Origin: Diplonema japonicum
Taxonomy: Eukaryota > Protista > Euglenozoa: Diplonemea
DNA length: 64,000 nucleotides
Reading direction: 5' to 3'
Assembly (NCBI GenBank): GCA_964019335.1
Contig: OZ025677.1
Coordinates: forward strand, 62,001 to 126,000
Shown: positions 54,775-64,000 of the stretch, one piece after another
How the letters are laid out: every line of letters begins with the position of its first letter
Position numbering within the stretch: position 1 is the first letter of the stretch
Position numbers and translations under genes: made by a program
Notes under the pieces: generated by a model
Told to the model about the DNA's origin: nothing
What the model saw: only the letters and a program-made list of their open reading frames with translations
Database searches by the model: none

Positions 54775-54866
54775 CTAGTTTGGCGGTGAGCGGTATTTTA
54801 CCTAATAAAATACGCTCTGGATCAACTAAATTTTGTTTTTAGTCTCGACAATAATATTGTTAAAAC
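54775..54866. repeat. variant A short element with the core deleted
   Basis: CTAGTTTGGCG|GTGAGCGGTATTTTACCTAATAAAATA...TCTCGACAATAATATTGTTAAAAC; ~20 bp spanning GTGCGCAC is missing. Confidence 0.8.
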
Positions 54867-55090
54867 AAAGAAAAAAAACAGCAAAAGGGTTAGGATGGAA
54901 AAGAAGGGCGGGGGGGGGGGGGTGAATTTTACAGGCCGCAGAGATGCACAATAAAACAAAAAAAAAGTGTAGAATTTCCCACAAAGAAAAAAGCTAGAGA
55001 AAAGAGAGGGGGGGGAGAGAGAAAAGGGAACAAAAAAAAAAAAAGAAACGCACCTCGTCCGAACATTTCGCGAAAAGGTACATTTTCTTT

Positions 55091-55125
<35 letters not shown>

Positions 55126-55483
55126 CAAAAACAAACTTTTCTCATTCTTTTTCTCTTTCCCCGTGCCGGTGGCCCGGGGGATCTTTTGTTTTCCATTGTT
55201 TTTCTTACACTTTTTTTTTTCTTTTCCCTTTTTTTTTTTCTTCTTCTATTCCCCTTTTAAAAACCCGAACGGTAGCTAGTAGAAATCCAAATGGAGAAAA
55301 AAGAAAAAGGATTTCATTCAAAATGTGATTTTTTTGATTACAAGGCAGGGTTAGAAAAAAAGAAGAAAAAAAGAACATTGTCCTCCCAATTTGTTATGTT
55401 ATTGCTGCTCCACGTGCCTTTGTAAGATTCTTTATGTCATTGAGATAATTAAACATAAACAAAACAAAAACAAAACAGAAAAT

Positions 55484-55518
<35 letters not shown>

Positions 55519-55739
55519 CCCGATGACGCTGGATTATTCCCAAAGTGTTTCACCCCTCTTAAGCATGGTCCAACTACTGTGGCTGTGCAGGGGAGAGACA
55601 GGACATTTTTTTAAAAAGAAAGAAAAGGGGGGAGAGGGGGAAGCACTTCTGTCACTTTACTATTGAAAGGGCGATATACTTCGACTGTCCGTGATCTTTT
55701 CTTTATTACACCTTACACAAACCTTTTTTTTTTAAATTT

Positions 55740-56045
55740 CACTCTTCGTCATTTTCTTCACTAGGGGACTCATTATTTAACTAGTTAAATAATGAGATTT
55801 TGCAGTTAAATAATGGCCCTTCAGAGTGAAAAAATGAGTCTCGCTGTGGAAAAAAAAAATGCACCCAACCCCTTGAAAAACTTTTTGAGGTGGGGGTATT
55901 TTTGACTATTTTTTGCCCTCTGAGGCCATTCCGGCCCTTAAAAGTGGGAATAAGTGCTTTACTTCCCCTTTAAATGCCACGGCGAAATAGCTACCCTGTA
56001 TTTCCTTAGGAAAATCCCAGTGAGTGACTCAAATGACGAAAAGTG
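55740..56045. mobile_element. MITE related to 11089-11482
   Basis: CACTCTTCGTCATTT / AAATGACGAAAAGTG inverted repeats; internal palindrome CTCATTATTTAACTAGTTAAATAATGAG. Confidence 0.7.
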
Positions 56046-56057
56046 AAATAAAACGAC

Positions 56058-56157
56058 TTACTTGCCGCCAAATGAGCCATTATTTAACACTCGTTACCGT
56101 TTTTAAAAAATTCGGGAACTCGAGTTAAATAATGACTCATTATTTGTTGGCAATAAA
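56058..56157. mobile_element. small fold-back/MITE-like element
   Basis: ~33-bp imperfect inverted repeat TTACTTGCCGCCAAATGAGCCATTATTTAAC / GTTAAATAATGACTCATTATTTGTTGGCAATAA. Confidence 0.55.
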
Positions 56158-56471
56158 GCTATTTTCTTTTTTTTTTTTTTTTTTTGGTAGTTGAAGTACT
56201 TTAGAGTGTTGTGAAGCAAGCCATTTACTTACCGCCAAGAATGGCTTTGCCGCCCCCTCGATTGTTGGTGGTAATGGTCAGGCATTCCTCTTTTTTTTTT
56301 TCTTTCTCCCTCCCAGAAATACCATTTTAAGAGGAGAAAAAAAAAAAAGAAAAAAAAAAGACATAAAGCAAGAGAAGGAAAGTTAGGGAAGGTTTGCACA
56401 AGGGAAAAAAAAAGGGGGGGGGGAAAGATAATCTTTCTTTTTTTTTTTTCTCCATTGGTGGAAGTGGACAC

Positions 56472-56564
56472 GGCTATGTTGGCAAAAAAAAAAAAAAAAA
56501 AATACGCGTTTCCAAGCTTTTCTGAAAAAGAAGGAACCGGCAAAAGAAATCTGCCAACATAGCC
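56472..56564. mobile_element. degraded CTATG(C/T)TGGCA MITE family copy
   Basis: GGCTATGTTGGCA ... TGCCAACATAGCC inverted termini; internal ACGCGTTTCCA as in 43358. Confidence 0.65.
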
Positions 56565-57092
56565 CTCACAGTACTGATACAAATCAGGGGGGCTAACAAA
56601 AAAAAAAATGGATTTTTTTTTTTTTTTGCCCTCACTCGTTATTTTTCAGGGCGAATTTATTGCACCCCTCTCAGTTCTTTCTATACATTTGGCTTTTTTG
56701 TTCGTGCCCTCTACGGGAGCAGGGGATTTTGTACTCACACACAAAAAAAGAAATCTTCGCTGCAGCTCCAACAAGTGTTTTGGAGAAGGAATCAACGGGG
56801 GGGGGGGGGGGTAGAGCTTTATTCTCTTCTTTACTTTTATAAGAAGAAGAAACGCGAGAAGAGAGAACTGAGCAGCGTTTCATTGTTTAAACAGCTTTTT
56901 ACTTGCTAAAAATAACAGCGAAACATTGTCAGATTCCCCTCTCTTTACTTTTTCCCTTTTTTTTTTTTTTTTTCCCCAAAGCAAAATCACATCAAATATA
57001 TTGTTTTTCTTTTTTTGTTCAAAACAAAAAAAAGAAAAGGGGGGTAAAAAACCCTTAAGGTGTAGACGAAAAAAAAAAAAAAAAAGAAAAAC

Positions 57093-57728
57093 TCAAACAA
57101 AATTCCCGGGCACATATCCAGGTTGTATTGGAGTACCATAGACAGGCTCAGTTCCCGACACCGCCTGCCGCTCTTCTTTGTACTTCTTCGCGAAGTGCGC
57201 CGCGAGTATCAGCGCACAGACGTAGAATACCATTGTGATCCAGGGCTGGGACCGACTTCTCAAAAGGAAACACGAGTAGTGGTCATCGTTCTTGCACCAC
57301 CCGGCCACACCATCCCGCTCAGATCCTTGGTAAGTATAGTCATCTGGACACCGTCCGTTAAAATTACACACAGTCCCATTGAAGTACGCAAGGGGTATGG
57401 CATCGCAAGCGGAACGGTCGGTGTTGTTACCTGTCATGTCCTTTCTGCAGCTTACTGCCTTTGTGTCTACCAAGATGCCTATCATTGCCATCAGAATAAT
57501 GCCTACAACCATGGCGATCTGCACCCCTACAGTCATGCCGTGCTTTCCGGGCAGACTGTTGCAGCACATGAACACCCCGCAGAATCCGCACAACGGGCAG
57601 ATTGCAGTCCCCACACACGCTGCCCTGTAGTGGTCCTCGTCTTCCGGGTAGTGGTAGACAATCTCTTGCGGCATCGTGGGGTCATGCATTGGTATAAGTT
57701 GCCGTTGCTCACCATGCCCGCTTTTCAT
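57093..57728 (-). CDS. small cysteine-rich membrane protein of unknown function (~211 aa)
   Basis: GC-rich ORF from MKSGHG; Cys-rich hydrophobic segment, TM, Cys-rich loop, TM, Pro/Tyr tail. Confidence 0.82.
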   Translation of the reverse strand: MKSGHGEQRQLIPMHDPTMPQEIVYHYPEDEDHYRAACVGTAICPLCGFCGVFMCCNSLPGKHGMTVGVQIAMVVGIILMAMIGILVDTKAVSCRKDMTGNNTDRSACDAIPLAYFNGTVCNFNGRCPDDYTYQGSERDGVAGWCKNDDHYSCFLLRSRSQPWITMVFYVCALILAAHFAKKYKEERQAVSGTEPVYGTPIQPGYVPGNFV

Positions 57729-58262
57729 TTTTTTTTTTTTACCTTTTTCAATCTTTTTTGAACCGTTGAAATTGAATAAGAAAAAAGAGGAGGGGGGGGG
57801 GGGGGGGGAGAGAAGATTTAAGTAAAAGGTAAAGAATGTGTCTGTTTTCATTCTTACCTCCGAGTTTTACCCCTCCCTTCCCCTTTCCCCACTGAAAAGG
57901 GCGCAGTCCTCACCACTTCTTTGATTCCTATTAAAAAAAAGGGGAGGGAACGAGGAAGGTTTTTAAGAAAAGTGTTGGAGGAATCGATCTGACAACTTAA
58001 TTTGTTGGCCTGTTTGAAGTTTCTTTTTTTTTTGTGTTCCTGCGTTTCTGTGCCTTATCAAAGGAAGAGAATAGAATGTAGCAGCAGGGAAGAAAAAAAA
58101 AAGAGAGACATTTAAAGAAAGGAGAGGGAAAGTAAGGGGGGGGGGGGGGGGGGGGGGGAGGGGGGCAAATCCCACCTGAGGACTCAAAAAAAAATTAAGC
58201 TAGAGTAGTGTAATCCCTCAATAAACGAATGGTTCCGTTTCGGGTAAAAAAAAAAAAATGGG

Positions 58263-58583
58263 CTTTGATTGCAACACTAGGTGGCGTTAAGCGTGCAATG
58301 AAGCACGAACTACCTACTTGATTACAGGGGGCGCTCCTCGGCCGAGCAGTAGCTTCTTCTGCGTTCCGCGTCGTGTCCTTAATGTGTGCGGTGTGCTCAA
58401 CCCCAGCCGGGGCGTCCCGGGTAACCAAGATTCTGCGCTCGTGCAGTTTGCTGCCTGTTCGTCACCCTGAGCATCTGCGTTACGTTCTTCCACTCGGGCG
58501 CTACCGGTGATGACCGACGAGGAGGTCAACAGCGAACAACACATCTGATGTACTTCTTATATTTCCATGTTATCCCCACCACC
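58263..58583. repeat. family E SINE-like repeat, longest copy
   Basis: Matches 16138-16392, 21261-21381 and 18370-18415. Confidence 0.8.
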
Positions 58584-59304
58584 TTAAAAAAAGAAAAGAA
58601 AAAACACACACATTTCGAAAATTTATATACGAGATAAAGGAAAGCCAGTGTTGGTGGCGCCCTGCAAAAAGAAAAAAGAGAGAAACTTCTTACCCGACCT
58701 TGAAGTGTTCGGGGGGGTGGAGGATGCTCAAAATCGACGTGCGTTTTCTTTGGAAGAACACAACTGCAGCAAGACATTCTTTCTCCTCAAGTTATAAAGA
58801 TTTTTCATCATCATCAAAAAAAAAGGGGGAAATTAAAGATAAAAGAGGCTAGTGTTAATAATACCCTGCTAGAATTATAAAAAAAAAAAAAGGAAAAAGA
58901 AGAAGAACGAGAAGAAAAAAACTCAAATTAACACGCAAGCTCCTGAGACGAAAGCCGCATGCCCTAAAAAGGGGTATGGTCAGTACTAGGTATCTCTCAG
59001 TTTCGGTCAAATCTCGCGACTCCTCCAGGTGCTGACCTCTTCAGGCGAGAGGCACCCTTCAATGGCTCCTACTAGCGTCCCAGCAGGTTTGAAGAGCACT
59101 TTTCCCGAAAACGACAAAAAATATATGAGTTAAAGGAGGCCGCCCTTTTCAAAAAAAAGTCATTGTTTAGCATTTGTTTGAGCCCACGATGAGATACATA
59201 GTACCGCATGTCACTACTCTTTTTTTTTTTTTCCTTTTTTTTTTTTTTTTTTTGGTTCTTACAAGAGCAGTGAGTACAACAACAGCAACAAAAAAAAAAA
59301 AAAA

Positions 59305-61062
59305 CTCAAAGTACAGGACAAGCCCCCCGCTAGAGGGCCGCCCTATGGGAGGGGGGGGTCTATCTGTTAATACTCCCCTTCTGGAGCATTGCTTTCATCC
59401 CGATTGTGGCTGTGAGCGTCTTGCGGAGTCGTGTGATGCGATCCCGCTTGTAGGCGGCCTTCAAATCCATCAGCTTGTCGTGCGTGGACTGGGTAGCAAA
59501 AATGGGCCTCCTGGAGAAGCCTATAGCTGCCTTTCCTCCTATGGCGATGAGGGATTTCACCCTTTTCTGCTCATCCGCTGGGAAGGGGCGTCGCTTCTTC
59601 CGTGCCCTGCACGCTGCGTTTATCTTTACGATTAGGGCCTTGATTCTGCGTGCCCTATCTTCCAGCAGGCCTCCTAATGATTTACCGGTCGTCCATTCGA
59701 AGTCAATGGCTAGCTCCACCGCCGACACCTCCGAGGCGGTGTCCTTCTCCACCCAGCGTAGCTGTGACAACCATTGTAGCAGCGGGTTCAGGTACTGGGA
59801 CAGGACCCCACCCACTCCCTCGAGCTCGCCTGCTATCGGAACGGGGCATCTCTTTCCTACTACATTTCGTTCCCACGGTAGCGGCTGTGTGTTGACGTCC
59901 TCCTTCTGCACGAGCTCCACGTCCCGCTTCTCAACCACCACGGCCAAGTATCGTTGCAGTTTTTCCAGGTATGCAAAGGCATGTCCTCTCGGCAGTATTG
60001 CGTGTAGCTCAAGACACAGGGGCCATCCCGTCCTGTCGCGCAGCGGTTCCAAACCGTCCTGTGCCAGCTCGTCCCGTGCGCAGGCACACTCGTAAAGCTG
60101 ATGGCGTAGTAAGGTTACCGTGTCCGGGTGTGGTGACTCACACAGGTCACACCTGAACCCTTGTGTGCGTGGTACTTCCGTCGTTGGGACGTGGTCTATG
60201 CTGTCCCCGTCTTCCTCGGTGCCATCTCCTTCTGGTGCCAGGGGGACGCTCCTTTGACTCGTACCTGCATGCGGGCTAAGGTAGGGGACCCCTCCGGCGA
60301 TCACCCGTCTCAGGCAGTAGGACATGAGTGGGTCCTTGGCTGTCTTCCACAGTTGGTTGGTTTTGGGATCCGCTCCCGCCTCCATCCCCTTCACTGTGCT
60401 TCTTTCGTTCGCCAGTGACCTGCTCCGGGCTTTCCTCACCGCGTCCCTAAAGGCGTGCCCGCGCTCGGCCCAGGGTTTGTTCCTACAGTCTAGCAGCTGC
60501 GTCCAGTTCCACCCTATGTAGGGGAGCTACCGACATATCAGGTTGCCTACTGGCCCCATTGGGATGGACCCCGTGCCGCACCCCGCAGCGATCCGTGTGC
60601 ATCTCTGTCGCAGTCTCTCGTCGTCAAGCGCTCTGGACACTACCTTCAGGGAGTGGTATATCACATAGGAGAGGGGGTCGCTGGTGTGCCCCTTCAAGAG
60701 GACCGTGTTGACCGCGGTTGGAGATCGTCCACGATGATGCGGGCCCCACAGATTGCATGTTACCCTCGTTGACAACTTCTTGAGTGTCTCGTCACATGGG
60801 GGAGAGAACGGCCCGCTGTAGAGGCATGACGGGAGTACTGTCGTGCTGACCATGTGTGCTTTGGTCTCGAAAGCTAATCTCGTGCACCCTAGCCGGTCTA
60901 GTGAGTCAAGTGCATCCGTGGATGGTCTGTTCCATTTCGTTCCTGTCCTGCGCGTGTTGATCTTCACGCCAAGCCCTTTGAAGTCCGTCACTGTCTTGTA
61001 AGGTACAGCAACTACCGAGCCTTTCCTAATCGCCGTACGGTCTCCTACGACTCTCGACTTGT
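59305..61062 (-). mobile_element. 5'-truncated non-LTR retrotransposon (end of RT/thumb, CCHC knuckle, C-terminal domain), poly(T)-tailed
   Basis: FKGLGVKI...VLPSCLYS...NLWG...VLLKGHTSDP post-RT region; one in-frame stop at 60527; CDLC...RHQLYEC zinc knuckle; 3' UTR then T15 on the sense strand. Confidence 0.9.
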
Positions 61063-61083
61063 AAAAAAAAAAAAAAAAAAAAA

Positions 61084-61181
61084 CTAGTTTGGCGCTTCAA
61101 TTGTTTGTGATGAGCAGCATTTTACCTAATAAAATAGCTCATTACGCTGCCATCAACTAATTTTTAGTCTCGACAATAATA
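61084..61181. repeat. variant A short element with scarred core, interrupted by the pogo-like element (remainder at ~62583-62592)
   Basis: CTAGTTTGGCGCTTCAATTGTTTGTG-ATGAGCAGCATTTTACCTAATAAAATAGCTCATTACGCTGCCATCAACTA; the core lacks CGC. Confidence 0.8.
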
Positions 61182-62580
61182 CCGGGTTTGTACTTATATT
61201 GTTATGTGAAAAGTCCCAAATTGGGCAAGAAATTCGAAAAAGGTACATAATATTTACAGAACACCATTAAAACTGAACATAAAAATTACAAAAATAAAAA
61301 AAATCCCAGAAAATATCCCTAAAAAATAAAAATCTCAAGACAAAAACAAAATACCCCCCAGCCGGGGAGGGGGTGGTATTACCGCAATTCTAGTTCACTA
61401 TTGCCCAGTCCTGCACGTAAAGCACACCACATAGTCGCAGGACGGGCAGACCCTCCCGCGGGTGCTCATGTCATGCTCACCAGAGCATTCCGTGCACTCC
61501 CACCCTGGTCTCTCCTTTCTAACCTGCTTGAGGGTTGCGCTGCAGTTGGGGCAGGGCACCCTCGTCACGTTGTTCGTTCGCTGACTTGGCTTGGTGCCGC
61601 TGCTTGGCTTGGGGCTGGTCAGGCATTTCTTCTTCTTCTTCTTCTGCTTCTTCGTCAGAAGAAGGCGCATCAGAAATGGCCTCTATGTCGATGCCCAGCC
61701 TGCTGAACATCTCAGTGATCTCAATGTCCGGGTCTTCGGGTGCTGGTTCCGGGTCGACTGACAGTCCCAATGGTTCCAATGGATCAATCTCCATCGGGTC
61801 AACTCCTGCATCTGCACCCAGCTTCTCGAACCAGCCCGACCTCGGAAGGCGGGGGCGGAGGGCCAGGCGAGGGCGCAGGAACGTCCTCGGTGGGCCGGGG
61901 CACGGATGCAGACCCGGGTGGGAGATCGTTAAAAAGGTAAGCGTACCCTGCCCGGATTGTGGTTTCTATTAGCTTGCGGTAAGCCTCGACACCCCAGGCA
62001 AGAACAAAAGGACGCATAATCTTTGTCCTTTTGTCAACCTCTAGCATTGCTGATTTTGCAATCTGTTAAGGTGTCGGGGCAGCAGGGGAGGCCACGGGAC
62101 CGGCAACAGAAGCAACGGGACCGGCAACAGAAACCACAGGACTAACGGGAACAGAAGCACCAGGCGCGGCAACAGGACTAACGGGAACAGAAGCACCAGG
62201 CGTGGCAACAGGACTAACGGGAACAGAAGCACCAGGCGCGGCAACAGGACTAACGGGAACAGAAGCCGGACCAACAGCAGTAGGAAGGGCTTCTCTTCTG
62301 TGTCTTTTCTGCTCTTTCTTTATCTGGGCATTCAGGGCGTCCGCGTACCTTGTTTTGAAAATGGAAACCAAAAGTAGATCTTGTACACCACAGACGTCGC
62401 TTTGATTTTAGTGGGGCCTGTCCTGGGGGGGGTCAGGCCAAAAATAATAAAAATAGTTTTTTGTATTGTTCTGTAAAAAGTCCCAAGTTGGGTCCAAAAT
62501 CCGAAAAAGGTACATAATTTATACAGCACACTAAATCCCCAGACCATTATTAAAACTGAACAATATAAATACAAATCCGG
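61182..62580 (-). mobile_element. Tc1/mariner-superfamily (pogo/Tc2-like) internally deleted element
   Basis: 22-bp TIR CCGGGTTTGTACTTATATTGTT / AACAATATAAATACAAATCCGG; TA TSD (empty site visible at ~54853). ~90-bp subterminal direct repeats at 61198-61290 and 62466-62572. Disrupted ORF with ATSVV/QDLLLVSIFKTRY and W..EAYRKL...TIR resembles a pogo DDE end, followed by a Cys-rich zinc module. Confidence 0.82.
62136..62265. repeat. 39-bp tandem repeat (~3.3 units) encoding ASVPVSPVAAPG-type repeats
   Basis: ACAGGACTAACGGGAACAGAAGCACCAGGCG(C/T)GGCA is repeated. Confidence 0.9.
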
Positions 62581-62814
62581 TATTGTTGGAACAAAAAAAA
62601 GAGAAAAAAAAAAAAAGAAACGTTGCTGAAAGGTCGTGAACGAATCATCTCCAATTCATTCCTTCTTCCCATTATCAAAAGCGAGGCAGGCCTGGTCCCA
62701 GTCACGAGCGGCCCAAGGCATAAAAGGCTAGTACCATCGCTTCGATCTCTTAAGGTCAACAAAAAAAAACCCCCCCTTCTTTTTTTTCTTTTTTTTTTTT
62801 TTTCCCCTTCTTCT

Positions 62815-64000
62815 TCACCAAACCAGCAGCGAGCGGCCGAGCCCCACACTGATCACAAGGTAGCAATACGAAAAAACAACAACAAGCAAAATCGGGATCT
62901 CGTAGCTCCAAGAAACCACCGGTGGCTTCACAGCTAGTCCGCTCGGTTCCTTCTTCGAATCCTCATCCAACTTCTTCTTTTTCTCCAATTTTCGTTTGAG
63001 AACTCGCGTTCTCTTCTCACCGTAGCTAATACAATACAGCGGCATGACAGCTCTACTCAATTCCCCGTCAACAGTGGCAACACTGCAAACGATGACGAAC
63101 CGGTCCCGCAGGTCTGGGTCAGTGCTGAAGATGGTTTTTGGATAGTGGGAAAATGACAAGCCAGCAGGGTAGTGCCCGTTACTCAACATGTTTTTCAGTT
63201 GAGCAACAGACAGACGAGTGTTGAGGAAAAGCTGCCTGTCCTGCACCTTGTACGCCGGGTACTCGTCGCGAAGCACTGCAAGTGCATCTATGTAACGCGA
63301 GACCTTCCTCGGACAGCAGCACTTCCTTACATCAACACACCCTACCCGCAGCTTTCTGGACTTCTTGTTTTCAAACCGTTTCAACAATTCAAAATACGCT
63401 CCGTTGTGGTTCATAGCTTTCCATGTTCTGATCTCGCTGAGATCCATTTTCACGTAGCTCACACATGAGTGTGTGTCAGCCTTGTCCTGCAGCACTTTAG
63501 ACACTGCTGTCTTATTCATCAGCTCCTTAAGCCAAGCAGGGCTTGCAATCCAACCCGACCCATGGTATAAAAGGTACATTGGTAGAGCCATCACCGTCCC
63601 TGGCTGGGTGATGATGACATGGAAACGTTGGCCGTTGATGTATCGTGAATGGACAGACTGCTGACCGATGAGGAGCTTGCAGTAGAAAATGTAGTTTGAA
63701 CCAGAGGAGAACATGACAGCGCTGGAAGGGAGGGCTGCGAAGTACTCTCCAGAGCCATGGGCTTGCCTGTTACGTTTTGTGATGTCGAAGCCGTGAGAGG
63801 CGATGCTGTAGATGTTGTGATCAGGGGTCCCATGGAAGCCGTAGTCTGTGTCGAGGTACTCTCCTGCTTGACTGGAGAGTATTTTGTGTGTTGTGTTGAA
63901 CGCTTCCTCTGCCTTGTCGTTGCGGATGCGCCACATTCTTTTCATTGTGGTTCCGCTGCATCTTTCCCTGATAAGTTTTGTTTCTTCCGGACATGAGACT
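62815..64000 (-). CDS. PARP-like ADP-ribosyltransferase domain protein with C-terminal TM (5' end outside window)
   Basis: YGFHGT...SIASHGFD...RQAHGSGEYFA...LPMYLLY is a PARP catalytic pattern. The frame stays open upstream of 63945 to the window edge. Hydrophobic tail IPILLVVVFSYCYLVISVGLG. Confidence 0.85.
   Translation of the reverse strand, partial: VSCPEETKLIRERCSGTTMKRMWRIRNDKAEEAFNTTHKILSSQAGEYLDTDYGFHGTPDHNIYSIASHGFDITKRNRQAHGSGEYFAALPSSAVMFSSGSNYIFYCKLLIGQQSVHSRYINGQRFHVIITQPGTVMALPMYLLYHGSGWIASPAWLKELMNKTAVSKVLQDKADTHSCVSYVKMDLSEIRTWKAMNHNGAYFELLKRFENKKSRKLRVGCVDVRKCCCPRKVSRYIDALAVLRDEYPAYKVQDRQLFLNTRLSVAQLKNMLSNGHYPAGLSFSHYPKTIFSTDPDLRDRFVIVCSVATVDGELSRAVMPLYCISYGEKRTRVLKRKLEKKKKLDEDSKKEPSGLAVKPPVVSWSYEIPILLVVVFSYCYLVISVGLGRSLLVW

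Noticed and set aside
54775-54866. Classifying the A/C/D element as Helitron/Helentron (CTAG end, asymmetric inverted repeats, terminal hairpin)
   Set aside because: The architecture is suggestive, but flank polarity and termini do not clearly fit and no Rep/Hel sequence is present; left unclassified.

Overview
Eukaryotic DNA, most likely a euglenozoan protist and best fitting a diplonemid. This is inferred from a single-strand gene cluster, receptor-type adenylate cyclases with two cyclase domains, and short cis-introns. About 16 host protein genes lie on the minus strand in GC-rich islands: a coiled-coil protein, a kinesin, a PHO80/CYC2-like cyclin, an MGCGGS-acylated protein, DusA, 2 tandem carboxylesterases, 2 tandem receptor adenylate cyclases, a large coiled-coil protein, an F-box/LRR protein, 2 paralogous membrane proteins, RMD1/DUF155, a Cys-rich membrane protein and a PARP-like protein. 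The spacers are rich in A/T/G homopolymers and packed with mobile DNA: three piggyBac relics (one carrying non-transposase cargo), a hAT relic, a pogo-like element, several MITEs, a TIR element full of tRNA-like motifs, and five 5'-truncated non-LTR retrotransposons. Three signals stand out. (1) These retrotransposons end in poly(T) on the sense strand rather than poly(A), with fixed-length ~40-nt mini-copies of one 3' end. (2) A dispersed ~110-130 bp element has a palindromic core (GTGCGCAC) that is repeatedly scarred or has taken up unrelated DNA with 17-23 bp duplication of the core; one insert is a tyrosine-recombinase fragment. (3) Tiny GT-AG introns have adenine-rich rather than pyrimidine-rich 3' tracts. 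All calls were made by eye without database searches.
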